The notes below the pieces were generated by a model that saw only the letters and a program-made list of their open reading frames with translations, searched no databases and was not told the origin of the DNA. A program made the position numbers and the translations under genes. From Yuukianura sp. NJ FZ-2021 (taxonomy: Eukaryota), in contig CM102286.1 in assembly GCA_046563655.1 (NCBI GenBank), positions 7,564,001 to 7,628,000 of the forward strand: 64,000 bases of DNA. The letters are read 5' to 3'. The number at the start of each line of letters is the position of its first letter. The first letter of the stretch is position 1. Below are positions 1 to 13,144 of this stretch, one piece after another.

Positions 1-2
1 TC

Positions 3-155
3 GGATCGATCTTCTTCATTGACGAAGTTCAAGTATTTCTGTTTTGGGACAGGGTGATACACTTGACAACTACGTTCATGATTGCATACCCATCTTCTGC
101 TGTATTTCCTCCTCAGGAATCGGGCTTGATGGAACTTTTAGAATATTATTTTTGA
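3..155 (+). CDS. 3' end of an insect-type chemoreceptor-like (GR/OR superfamily) gene, partial; paralog of 678..2233
   Basis: Frame from nt 3 reads GSIFFIDEVQVFLFWDRVIHLTTTFMIAYPSSAVFPPQESGLMELLEYYF*, nearly identical to the C-terminus encoded at 2081..2233. Confidence 0.75.
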   Translation, partial: GSIFFIDEVQVFLFWDRVIHLTTTFMIAYPSSAVFPPQESGLMELLEYYF

Positions 156-677
156 AAGGAAATATTTAAACGGAAGCCCGAAAAATTTTCAGATTAATTA
201 TTATTTAAGTATCGAAAGCCACTGTATACTATTTACGTATGCTCGCTCAGGGAATCGTAAACTGAATTCAATTCACAGACCGGAATGACCTGCAGCAAAA
301 CACTTCCTATCATTTCTGACATCTAATGTCATATAATGCGACTGAAATTTTAATCCTGAAGTATAAATCCTATTTTACAACCTTCACTAGTTCCGTAATT
401 TGATGGTTGTTTAAAAACGTGGTGACGGTAATGGCGACCTTGACTGACCTGGAACCTCTTGTTTACAATTGATGAAAACGATTTATGAAATACCAAATGT
501 TATTTGAAAGTTTAGAATCAAAACATAACAACATTTCATCTGATAGTTACACAACACGGTACAGTTATAAACACGCCAAAATCGTGTTAGAATTTCAATA
601 CAATACAATATACAATAGGTATAACTACACCAAAGCTACACGGTTAACAGTTTCGATTTGAACAACCAACACGAAAA

Positions 678-2233
678 ATGAAGAGCGAAAGCATTGTTAC
701 GAGGGCTGAAATTGCGAGGAATAACGCTGTTTCCCGTACAACTACTCGCAAATCTAAGGCAACCAAGACTAAAAAATTTCAGACAATGAAACGGAAAGAG
801 ATAGAACAACAATGCACTAAAATTGAAAATTTGCAACAGAGGCGAGTCGTCTTGGAACAAGTTAGTCTGGCACTCAAATTTTCCCACTGCCTTGGAAACA
901 TACCGCTTCTAATGGACACCCCGAAACTGCTTCTGAAGTCAGGGTTTACTGGTCGGTACGCAATTCGCTACAATCTTAACATTTGGCTTGTACACTTCAT
1001 CTACGCTGCTATACCAGTGCTCATTGCCGTTGCCAGGCACTTGTTGAACAAAGATGGAGGCATTAGCCTACCGTATCTTGCGGCAATGTGCGCTGGACTA
1101 CCGCTAACTGCAGCTTATCATCTGCTTCTCCAGGTATTCAGGAAGGAGCGCTCTGAAATTACCGTAATATTCAACTCCTTGCTCGACTTACACAGGGATA
1201 TCTGTACGTAAAAAATTTTCAGACCACATTTGCGTATTGAACATTACTAGAACAGCTTAAGTTGTTAATATTGCTTTCAAAATTTTCAGGCTATGACACT
1301 GGACATCTTGACTTGGTAGCTCTATGTCGAGTAATTCAACTTTTGAACGCCTTTTCAATTTATTTAGTTCCGCCTGGATTCTGTTTTCTTTTTATCATTT
1401 TCTGGAACCATCATTTCGCATTGGCAAGAGTAATCGCAATCCCATTTGAATTTGTGTTGGGAACTCTACCGAATCTTTTGCTGCACTTTGACCTTACCGT
1501 AGCATTACTCATTTCAACGTACTACATCACATCGGTCGTTTCAACTCTGATGACACTATGTTCGCTCATTTTTTTATTTGCTGTATTCAGTAAACAAACG
1601 CTTAAGACTCTCAAGTAAGAAAATTTTGCAAATTACCAAGCAGCTGTAGCTAAAAAACAATTTTCAAGAAGGTGCCTTTAATTCTTAAATTCAATTGAAA
1701 TTTTTAGGCAGAATTTGACTTTTCCCGCTACGGCCCAAACATGGCTAAGCACTGTATCAACCTACAAGCAACTTTTGCTAATTTCTCAATTCGGGAGCGT
1801 TACTATCCAACAATTGGTATCATTGTTTTATGCATTCTCTGTTCTTGCTCTGACAGTTTCGTTTTATTTCGCTTTGGGTTGGATGACTCCATTTATTGAA
1901 CGCATTGTAGCAATAATTCTTGCATTCATTTTTACCTATATTCTCACATTTCTTCTGAACATGACTGGAAAACATTATGGGAATAGTAAGCGCCTCATCC
2001 ATCGCTTCGAACTGTGCCAATTTCGAACCAAGTGGGAACGTCGTGTATTGAGAAGCTTAACTCCAATTCGGATTTACGTCGGATCGTTCTTTTTCATAGA
2101 CGAAATTCAAGAGATACTGTTTTGGCACAGGGTGGTACATTTGACAACTACGTTCATGATTGCATACCCATCAGCTACTGTATTTCCGCCACAGGTGTCG
2201 GGGTTGATGGAACTTTTAGAATATTATTTTTGA
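678..2233 (+). CDS. Multi-pass membrane protein, gustatory/odorant receptor superfamily-like (~458 aa, 3 exons)
   Basis: Exons 678-1203, 1290-1614 and 1708-2233 join in frame through GT-AG introns (1377 nt). Several hydrophobic helices. C-terminal RRVLRSLTPIRIYVGSFFFID...TTTFMI resembles the TM7 region of arthropod chemoreceptors. True start could be a later Met. Confidence 0.65.
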
Positions 2234-3602
2234 AATGATCGAAATCAAAATATTTTATGGAAAACATGGAAAACTTTTAGATTTAGATGTTAAAGCCTGA
2301 GATAAAGCTACTTTATATTATTTATGTAATTCTCATGGTATCGTAAACGCAATTCACGAACTGCAGCAAAACACTTCTGCAAAACGGAGTGAAGTGCACA
2401 CCAAGCAAAACCCTGCAGCGTTTGCACTGCACCACATAAAATGGGTTGATATATTTTAATTTATATTTAACAAGTATTAATTACATTAAACTAAAAAATT
2501 AAAATTTAGTAAGATAAATAGTAAGCACTTCTTGAGAACCGTAGTATGTATACGACATTGTCCTTAGTGCATTTCCCGTCGTAGTTACTCTTGAACTGTC
2601 ATGTCTCATACCCCACACCAATTGTCCAGCTCTGCCTAACCTATAAATGTGTTGCACCAATGGTGTAAGGTAGTAGTATATAATGGATTAACAGTTTAGT
2701 TGAAATCTAGAAATAAAAATAAAATCACAGTTTAATTCCTCTTACATTCCTTGCAGCAAAAATGAATATGTTGGTATATTGTTTTAACATTATAAATTAT
2801 ATGTACGATCCTCATATTGGCGCCAAATTTATTTCTAAAGACACAGATACTCATCCTATTGTTACTAGTAAGTCTTGCGATGATCAAGAAACCTTTTTAA
2901 CTTAACCACTAGCATTTGCTGATAAGCAATAAGTAAAATTACAGGTAGGCAATGACAGCGTTCATCAACTAATAATATACTGGGTAAATTGTCACCTTTG
3001 TACAAATTTTAATACTGTGTTCGGTAAGCTTGACGTTGACATGTTGCAAGCAGTATGTTTAGCAGTAAACGTGATTTAAATACCAAGAAATATAAAGCTC
3101 GTCCGATCCTTAGTCATTTTACAGGGCCAAAAAGACGACTACATGCACCAACCTTATATTTTTAGTGCCCAATTTACGAGATCAATTTAAGAAAACAACT
3201 AGGAGTTCACGATAAATTAAAAATGTATTGCTAAATTTAACATAATTGGGCTAGTTACGTGATACATTAAGTAAATAAGTAATAAATTTTAGCATCAGAA
3301 TGTCCATATTGAGAATTGGGTGTGATGTCGAATGCGGGGTTTTCAGAATTTAATAATTTTAGGTACACGATGTGTATCGATTTAATTAAAAAGTGTTTCC
3401 AGTTTTACCGTTATATTGGTAAGCTCAAAAGTGCTTGCGTATGAAACCAATGGGACATGGTAGTGGGATTACTATTTCGTTTCGCTTTCTTTTTACGAAA
3501 TGGAAGATAGCTTTTAGTGAAGGATTTGTTTTTGTAAAGGACTACACGCGTGGCTACACGGTAAGCGTTGAAAAGTGCGTATAGAATTCTATCAGGTAGG
3601 AA

Positions 3603-6600
3603 TCAATCCTTGTTTTTGAAGTTACTCATAAAGTTCATGATGAGGTCAATCGGCAGGGGAAACACAATTGTCGAATTCTTCTCTGCCGAAATTGTATTCA
3701 GAGTCTGAAATGATATCAAACGTCAGTTGAGTTATTTATCAAGTATAGTTAAAGTAATTTATAGATTTACAAATTAAATAACTAATAAAAACAACAAGGA
3801 TGCTGACCTGTAGGTATCGCAGTTGTAGCGCTGCAGGGGATTCGGACATAACATCGGACGCTTCCTTGAGGGCTCGAGACGCCTTTTGCTCACCTTCTGC
3901 TGCAATGACTTTGGCTCGCGCTTCACGCGCAGCCTCTGCTTCTGCAGCCATTGCACGTTGCAGTTGCACTGGGAGCCGTACATCTTTTCTGTTAACGAAA
4001 TGCAAATGACAATCGCGCATGAGCTGATGTATTTGAACATGCGAGCAGCATTTAAAAGTAAAGTGAACATTTTACTTACATTTCTACTCTCTCCACTTTA
4101 ATTCCCCAAGATTCCGTTGCAACATCCAAGGAACTCTGAAAAGGAAAGAACCCAAATGTAAATTATTTACAATATTTAAACAAATTCCTTCATTTTTACC
4201 AACCTTAGCGTGATTACGAATAATCCTGAATATGCTAAATTATTAATGTTTTAGTGAAAATACTTTAGTTAATGCATTCATAAAGTATTTTAGGATACTC
4301 GTCCAGCGCTTTTTGCAACCAACTGCGCATGTGTACTAGTGTAATGTAGTCGTACATTATCCCTGGAAGCAAACGATTCCTTTATTAATAATTTTAGAAT
4401 TCTTCAACCTGGCGAATGCAGTAAAGTAGTTGCATGATGTAAAACAATTTTGAGATGCATGTCTCTTTAGCTACACAATAATGTTAAATGGATTTCTTGT
4501 TCGAACAAAGCACACATGCGGCAAATAACAAATGAAGACGAGGTGTCACTTTTCATTTGATACATGAAATAACGTCAATCAATCATCATTTGAGCTGTCT
4601 AACCGCAAATTGGCTTAAATATACTTAACCAATTCTTGACAAGAACTTGCGCTGAAAAATGGCGCTAAAAAGTACTAAAAAGTACTTACTTTTCTTTCTT
4701 TCAAAAAAGAAAGAGAAAGTCCTTCTGTTCTTACCTGCATTGAAGTAGAGATGCCTTCCCGTTCGCTCAGGATTTCATGGAGGTTCTTTGTGCCCAGAAT
4801 GTTCCTTAGAGTCGTCTGTGCCAACAGTCTTGTGGACTGATGGGCGTTGGCCACATTGGCAATAGAAATTATGGCGTTACTCACTCGGTAGTACACCACT
4901 GCATCCACGCTCACCGTCACACTGTCTTTCGTCAGTACCTAAACTCCCGAATAAAATGCGTTCTGTTAAGGCATACTTCCAAATCAAAATCCGATCAAAT
5001 CCCAAAATTCTTCAGGAAATCATGTCAACATTTGACTAAAATCTGACGTTGTTGTGATACCTCTTGTGGTGGGACGTCAAAGCAACTGGTCCGCATATCC
5101 ACTTTGGTGTAGCTTTCAATGCACGGAAGGACAAAGAAGATGCCTCTTGATCCACCAGATTGAAGACGACCCAGGCGAAAAATCACAGCACGCTCGTATT
5201 CCTGTACTACCTGTTACATGAAACGGAAAATATCGTTGAGGTTTTGGATTTCATCTCAAAGTTGCCTAACACGAACATAACATAACATAGGCAATCTAAC
5301 ATAGGAAACCTAACGTATCAAGCTTCTTGGAGAAAGTTGTGAAACCTTTGGCGTTTCCAATTCCAAGTAAATTGGGGAGTACAGGTTACCATGCTTGTCA
5401 CATCAAACAGAGAAACCTTCCATGACCAGGAAGTAAACACACGATACCTAACTGATTGAATAGAAAAGACGTCGGAAAAAGTTCAGTCGATACTACGAAT
5501 CTGGTCGTGTGTAAAGCTAACAAAAAAGCAGTGAATTTTTCATTGGTCAATGGTCAATGATCCACTTGAATTACTTTGAAACTGAAAACAGCGTGAGCTA
5601 TACCTTTTCAGAGTGAAAGTTTTAGCTTAACCTTTCTGTTTTTGTTCAATTTGGCGTAAAAACAGAAACTTTGAGTCAGTCGATAATATTTATGAAGATA
5701 CATCTGCGACTGTCGAAACTCAAGACCGAATAACGAATCCATTTCTTTTGAAGTCTACGTCATTTCCATAAATTTATAATCATGGCCAGGTTGGTGTTTG
5801 CCGAAAAAAATCAATTTCCTAAAAAGTTCAATTTTTGTAACCTACTTTGCCTAAAAATTTACCATTGGACGCTATTTATCGCATATTTCAAAATTGGACG
5901 CTAAAAACTCAATTCTTTAGGATTAGGCTTGTAAAAAATTTAAATTAGAATGTCTAATTCACTAAAATGGGAAAACAACGTCTCGAATTTACCGTTACCT
6001 TGAAGCAGAAGAAGAGAGAGAAAGGTAGTGTAATGATAACGAGGAACCACGAAAGCACCATTAGCATGTATCCCACGATTCCATTTCCCAAATCGTTCTC
6101 ATCAGCTGAAATATCAAAAAGTAGAGCTGAATAATTAACAGTTCTGGAAGGTCGATGAGCCATTTCGTAGAAATGGAATTGGAATTGAACTGAATTTCCA
6201 AGAAAACGGATACAAATAATTCAAAAGTGTCTACTTTGCTCAAACGAGATAATAAATACATATACGGTAAAAATCCGATTTTTGGTAACTACCACTACGA
6301 CCGTACCAATGTGTGTATCGGGGGGTCGCGGAGTGGATTCATCACCCATTTCAGACCGCGTCACTTGAATCAACTCTGTTGTACTCTAATGTCCGTTCTG
6401 GAGATGATCCAGTTCCATTCTAAAAACGGGGACCAAAAACCCGTTTCTGGATGATCCAAAAGGCTGTTATGGACACCACGCCTCTTGCCTACCTTTTACT
6501 TATTTAGCCAACTAAACTTTCACCGTGTTCAACACTAGTCCTAAACCATGGGGGGAGAGTTTCTATTCCGTGCAACTTAATCCCCAACCCAAATAGACCT

Positions 6601-9600
6601 AAAACCTAACCTAACGCGATGTGAGCAATTCTAGTTTTGCAAAAAAAAATTGTAGAAAATTAGTAGAGGGACAGGGAGGCCCAGTAGGGAAAGCTATCCA
6701 CGGATGAATCCGAATACTTACTATCCAATAATTTTCCTAATCTATCGTTACGTGTTCCAATCCTAATGATTAGGCTTTTGTGCTCGTCTGGGAGTGACAA
6801 GAGTGGGCTTTGCTAACGTTAAGCTGAAGTATAAACCTAACTTTCACTCTCCCGTCGATTCATAACCTAGAAACCTAACTTGAAGCCTGAACCCTCTAAC
6901 CCCGTCATCCCCTTTTCCCTCGACAGTTCCACTGTTAATTTTCACTTTCAAACTGAATAGTCCGTTTGACACAACTTGAACCTAAAATAATGCATGAGGA
7001 CACTGGGAACGTATAGGAAATTATGATAGCATCGGAATTGGTGATGACCGAGGTGAAAGTAGCGGGGAACAAAAAAGGCAGTGGTGAAAGTGGAACAAAA
7101 TGATTGACTGCGTAGTAAGCAAAGGGGATAGACAGGTATGGTCTGTCAAGCCGGAGGGGATTGGGAATTGGACATTGACGACGAGTAAAATTCCGACATA
7201 TCCGACAAAAGATTATGAACTTTCTCTTTTGTTTTGAATTTTCCCGGAAAAACTGAACATAAATCCTTGAAATATAAGAACTTTCTTCTCTGTTTCAAAA
7301 TTCTCACGGAAAAGATGAATATAAATCCTTGAAATTAATTGCAGTCGAACGAGTTAATAATTAAGCTGGAGAATTATTTGCAAAAGGCGTAAACTTTCTC
7401 CCCCTTCAATGTTGGCATTCCCCGAATGGAGTAAAAGTCGTAATAAAAAGAAAAAGAAAAACAACTGAAAATCAATCCCAAATAAAACCTAACCTAAAAA
7501 TATAAAAATGGTTAATTTTCAGCATGCAATTATTTTGTAGTAAGTACTGGTTGTAGCCAATCAAAATTATTTTACCAATTCGGTTTTGTGTTTGAATTTT
7601 TTTGAATTTGATTTTAATGTCTGTTGTTTGGTAATTTTCTAAAACATTGCTCCAACCAGTTTATTACACAGGAAAAACCACACCCAAATGTTGAACTTCA
7701 TTTTAGTCCAAATCTATAATGTTATAAGCTCCCAGCATCGATTTTCAAATAATTGAATTTACAAGCCAACGTGTAAACTCTAATAAATTTTAAATAAGAC
7801 GCTGGGATTGCCTTGTTTTTTAAAATTGACTTTCAATTTAATTGAGTAATTAAAAACTTTCTAGTGCAATTCTATTCTAAGCGCTATTAGTCGTTGAAAT
7901 AATGAAAATTATACAACCTACTAAAGCGGAATTTAACAGCTGGGATTCACTACACTTTGAAATTGAAACCTGTAATTAACTAAATTCGATTTTTTGTGGA
8001 AATGAAAATTACTGCTTCGTACTAAAGCACTATACGTATTTTGGTGTGTTTTGAAAACGTAGACATTTTTTAAATAAGACGAATTTGCTAAACCGTGTTT
8101 ATTAATTAAAATTTTATTAATGTGAATTAATTTATTTAATGTGAATAATTTACATTACTCGATTTAATTATTAAATTGAGTAATGTAAATTATTCATAGT
8201 CTCATTTCACTTTCTCTCCTTTCCTTTCTGATTTCAAGTTTTGACGATGACTAAAGTCAAAAAGTCAACGCCAAAACTTTCTCAAAAGAAATCAAGTAAA
8301 TACTTGATTTCTTGTGAGAACCAATGGTTATGACCTCGAGTTGGCAAAACAAGGCTACCACAACTCAAACAACAGTTTTTGAAACTCTAACAAAGAATTT
8401 CAGATACGGCTAATGGATTTCCGGAAACTTTTTTCCATTCGCGAAATTTTTTTTTATAAAATGTGTGATGGTAAACAGAAATTATAAATGAGAATGTTGA
8501 CGATAGGCACGTTTAACGTTCCATTTCCTCAAAACTGAGATCAATGTCTATTTAATACTATACATTTTGTAAATTTCAAGTTCCCTTGTGTTAACACAAA
8601 AAAATTATTGATGGTTGAGGAAAGTATACCAGGCTACTTACTTATGCTTACTAAAACTTTATCGATTCTTTGGATCTAGCTCCTTAGTTTGGTATGGAGG
8701 GAGTTCGGTGACAAAATTATTTTTAAATTTCGCGCGTTAAAACATGTTCCGCCAATTAAAAACTAACGTTTTCGCGTATTACTTTAATGCGCGAAAACTT
8801 TTTTTAATTGCAGTAATTTTAATTGCAGAAAAATTTTAACGCGCGAAAAAGTCTAAGCGTACGTTAACGGAACGTACGCTTAGGAAACGTACGCTTAGGG
8901 AACGTACGCTTAGGGAACGTACGCTTAGAAAACTTACGCTTAGAATGCATGTCCAATAGAAATCACATTGCCAGAACTGATCAGAATTAGTATTCTGTAA
9001 ATTATTATTTATTGTCTATTATTATTTATTATTTATTATCTATTGTAAACTATAAAACACTTCTTTTTTCATATGCTTTGTAAGGTTTTCAAAAATGTGT
9101 AGCCTCATCCAGTGTTGCTGGATATCCACTTTTTCGACATTTCGTCCACGGCTGGACGAAAAAGATCAAAAGGAGTTTCTTTTATTGCTAAAATTAAGTA
9201 TTTATTTAAAACTCAAAAACGACATTTCCTTTGTTTTTGTACGGTATTTTGAATTGCTTAAGTTTTTTGGATTTAAGTATTTCAAACCACGCGGGCAAAG
9301 CTCCACCCCTTTGGATTCGTCCATTTCTTCCTGTGGATATCCAGCCGTGGACGAAATGTCGAAAAAGTGGATATCCAGCAACACTGGATGAGGCTACACA
9401 TTTTTGAAAACCTTACAAAGCATATGAAAAAAGAAGTGTTTTATAGTTTACAATAGATAATAAATAATAAATAATAATAGACAATAAATAATAATTTACA
9501 GAATACTAATTCTGATCAGTTCTGGCAATGTGATTTCTATTGGACATGCATTCTAAGCGTAATTTTTCTAAGCGTACGTTCCCTAAGCGTACGTTCCCTA

Positions 9601-10804
9601 AGCGTACGTTTCCTAAGCGTACGTTCCGTTAACGTACGCTTAGACTTTTTCGCGCGTTAAAATTTTTCTGCAATTAAAATTACTGCAATTAAAAAAAGTT
9701 TTCGCGCATTAAAGTAATACGCGAAAACGTTAGTTTTTAATTGGCGGAACATGTTTCAACGCGCGAAACTTTAAAATAATTTTGCTACCAAACTCCCTGC
9801 ATAGTTTGGATCTAGCTTAGTTCATGATATCACGACTCTTAAGACTCTTACCAATATTACCAATGAGTTTGGAACTATCAAACTCAAACCTTCCCGTAGT
9901 TTTGTTTTCAAGCGTTTGCATAATTTAGTATTGTCAAGTTCATTCGCTTTATAATGGTTTACAAGGTTGTAGTACAGTCGACGACTCTTTCCCTAAAACA
10001 GTGCTAACAAGTAACTTTAATTTTACCAGTACGTGATATCTTCATGTTTACAACCCGCAAAAATAACAGACAGTATTTAAAATGGGTTTATAAACGATGT
10101 TACACACAATACATGTTAGTTACCACAAAATTTCTTGTAGATGATTTTTGCATTTCTGAGACTTAACGGTACAAAATCTGTAGTTCGGTGATGCATAAAC
10201 TATACATCGAAGCCTGCTTCCGATGAGTTAGAACGCAAAATACGATTATAAGCTTCAAGGATTCAATATTTGATCTTGTTTACTGGTGGTGTACAATACA
10301 GCTCGGATTCCATTATTTGCGCGGCTTAAAATGTGTTTGAAAGTAAACAAAAGCCGCTGTACTCTAAACGTCATATCCTTTTCTAGAAACGCTATAAAAA
10401 TGTTTAGTCCGTTTTGTTGAGTTCTCCAACATTGGAAATTTGCTTCATGTAGGGATACTAACTTTAGTTTGCTAAATTCTACAAAAGTCAATCTTTAGGA
10501 CCGGCTACCTCAAACTATTGAATAAGACGCTTGGTGCTATCAAACAATGGACCAGCTTCTTCTCCTCACAACATCACACCAATTAAATTAATCCCGCTAA
10601 GGGAAAACCTAATGAATACTTATGACAACGCGGTCAATCACTACTTCAGAAATTGCAATCTTGTTCTAACTTAAGCCAAATTTACATGAATCAAAAGATC
10701 TGAATGAAAATGTTAAATTTTAAATTATTCTTACAGTTTGAGTACATTGAAGCCGTGAGTTCCCTCATCATTGCCCTATCAGCGAGATCCTGCGGAGATG
10801 GCAT
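3603..10804 (-). CDS. Stomatin / band-7 (SPFH domain) protein, 7 exons
   Basis: Exons 10804-10735, 6105-5999, 5210-5061, 4938-4735, 4135-4080, 3988-3808 and 3704-3603 splice in phase. Hallmarks: [10 protein letters not shown] hairpin, [76 protein letters not shown]. Exon 1 is less certain than the rest. Confidence 0.93.
7217..7336. repeat. Degenerate ~60-bp direct tandem duplication (2 copies) in stomatin intron 1
   Basis: gaactttct...cggaaaa..tgaa.ataaatccttgaaat occurs twice back-to-back. Confidence 0.7.
8693..9803. mobile_element. Foldback-like / long-TIR non-autonomous element: two 464-bp inverted arms with a 183-bp spacer
   Basis: 8693-9156 is the colinear reverse complement of 9340-9803 with few mismatches. 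Each arm has five 15-bp subrepeats (aacgtacgcttagg[a/g]). TAGTTTGG occurs as a direct repeat at 8685-8692 and 9802-9809. No transposase ORF. Confidence 0.85.
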
Positions 10805-13144
10805 CTTGGGTGAGATTTAAATCGGATGTATTGGCCGGAACTGCTCCGCACAATTGACGAAGCACTCGTCCACCTACAACAGTAGAACCAATTTGAAATT
10901 AAGCGGAGTCCTTAATACTATTATACGTCGTCGCTAGAGAAAATTTAGAGTGAAAGCAAAAGCAAGGTCGTCATTTCTCATGAGTGAACAAGTGGTAGAG
11001 TCACTTTCACCTTTACAATTTAAAAAACACAACCCTGTTGTGTCTTTTTCGTGCTTGTTGCTTCTTAACAAAGGCAAAGGTGCCGCTGCCGGCCCTGCTA
11101 GGTTTTCCTAAACGCTTTGCGTGTTTGGATTGACTAAATTTGACAGTTAAGTATAAACTGGGTTGGATAGCATTTGAAGCGTCCTTACGTGACTTGAGTA
11201 TCTTCGAACAAAGGAATATTCCTTACGACAATTACTAATTTAGCAGACAGTCTATACAAGGCAATGCCAGTTGATCTAAGAAAACTCTCACAATTACAAC
11301 GGGAGAGACGACAGTACGTCAGAAGATTGGCTTGCTGATATTGTACTTACGTTATTTTGCAAAAACAAGCACTAGAGGAACTTTGCTGTTGATAGTTAAA
11401 GAGAAAGTAGGAACGCGATATTAGAACTGAATGAACGCCAGGCCATTGCTAAAAAGAAAGTGATACTTTCCAATTCATCAGGGAAAGCTCTTTTGTTAAT
11501 AGTGTAGTCTCCAGGAAAAAGAATAGCAATAAGGTTATGACACTGCGGTGGAAAAGGACTAAAAACGGATATTTTGAAAATGGAGCAGCAGCTTAACTAT
11601 TGCTCCTTGTCCATCGATTTTGATTTAAATATTTATTAAGTTCCCTTGCTATACTAAATATTCTTTTTCTAAACTTTTTTTTCTAGCTTCAGTTTCCGTA
11701 TTATCTGGATTAACCATAAGGGATAGGCATTTAAGCACCAGCAAGGACTTTCAGTACATGTTGAATTTCCCCTAGACGTTATAATTATAGCACTCCAATG
11801 AAACAGTGTGAACTTAGCACTTTAGACAGGACCCAACTCTATTGGACGTGTTAATTGGACCACAATTAAACCAGGCGGGCAATTTCCAAACATTTTAGTA
11901 TTTTTTAAAAAAATTGTCTTCTAGCGATCCAACATAATTTAGAATATCGAGAAACCCATCAACGTATGTGTTTTGCTCAACACTTTTAAAAGTGACATTG
12001 ATGGTGTAAGATAGTCTGTGTAAAGGAAAAGAATTTTACCTGGCAGGTCAAAGTTCATTTTGTTTCCACGACGGAAGCTGACTTCCAGTATAAATGGATA
12101 AACACATAACCTTACATTTTTCAAAAACTGAATTCAAATGAGGCTATGCTAAAATTCTTTAAAAAGCTCGAAGTTTTGGACGGTGGATGCTATATGACAA
12201 GTATATTATTGAATGGAGTCAATTTCTTATGATATCCTCCGTTACATCACAATATACCACCAAAATTCCGGGATTCTCCGGGATTCTGCATCTTTCGGAG
12301 GCTCTGAAAAAAAACGAATGAAACCATGCCGGGAGAAAGTTTGTGTTGCCCATGATTCCATCTAAAGCCACCAAACATCAAAATGCCTTTTGACAGATCA
12401 CATTTGAGTGATGGAGTTGCCAAGCGTGGTTTTTCTTAAAACCAACAAACATAGTACAAACTTAAAGATGAATTTTCAGCTTTTTGAAATGGATTTTTAA
12501 CGTGCTCAAACTGATGAGGGAAAGCCACCCCAGTACTAATTGCTTTTCTAATTTATGAGTAAGTAGACAAAACTACAATGCCTAACGTTACAATGGTAAA
12601 AACTGGGTTTAAAATGCTATTGTTCGTTTCATGCGAACTTCGGAAGGCCATAACTAGAAAGTTTTGAAGTAAAGATACGTCACATAATGAAAACTGGTTT
12701 TCGCTTACGCGTTGCATAGACACAAACACAAGGTTAATGTTTAAAACTTATTTCACTGTAACTATATCACAAGTATTTTAAAAGTCAGTCGTCTTCAAGT
12801 AGTGCTAGCTCTGAAATTGTTTTTTGTTCCGTATCAAAGCATACCAAACCTCGTACGTAAAAGTATACTAATAACTACTCTGGAATATTGGCTGTGTTGT
12901 TTGGATTGGTGTGTAATCTGGTTTAAAGTGCAAGACATCATCGTCGTACTAAAAAAAAAAACTCTGGAACCAAAGTATAATCCGCTAAATTCTAGATCCC
13001 ATTTGCAAAGGTTGCTGCTAATGCATTAATTACAAAACTGCAACGTGGTTTTGAAATTCGGACGATGTAATTTACGTTTTTGCTTGAAGAACTAACAAGA
13101 ACAGAAGTTGTAGTTATTCCATAAGTTCCAGTTAAACAAATAAC

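Noticed and set aside
6261..6530. Possible MITE with tacggtaaaa / tttcaccgtg ends
   Set aside because: Only ~10 bp of imperfect TIR and no clear TSD.
9095..9391. Opposing ORFs 9095..9391 (+) and 9202..9384 (-) as a transposase or toxin-antitoxin pair
   Set aside because: Short, no recognisable motifs, generated by the palindrome symmetry.
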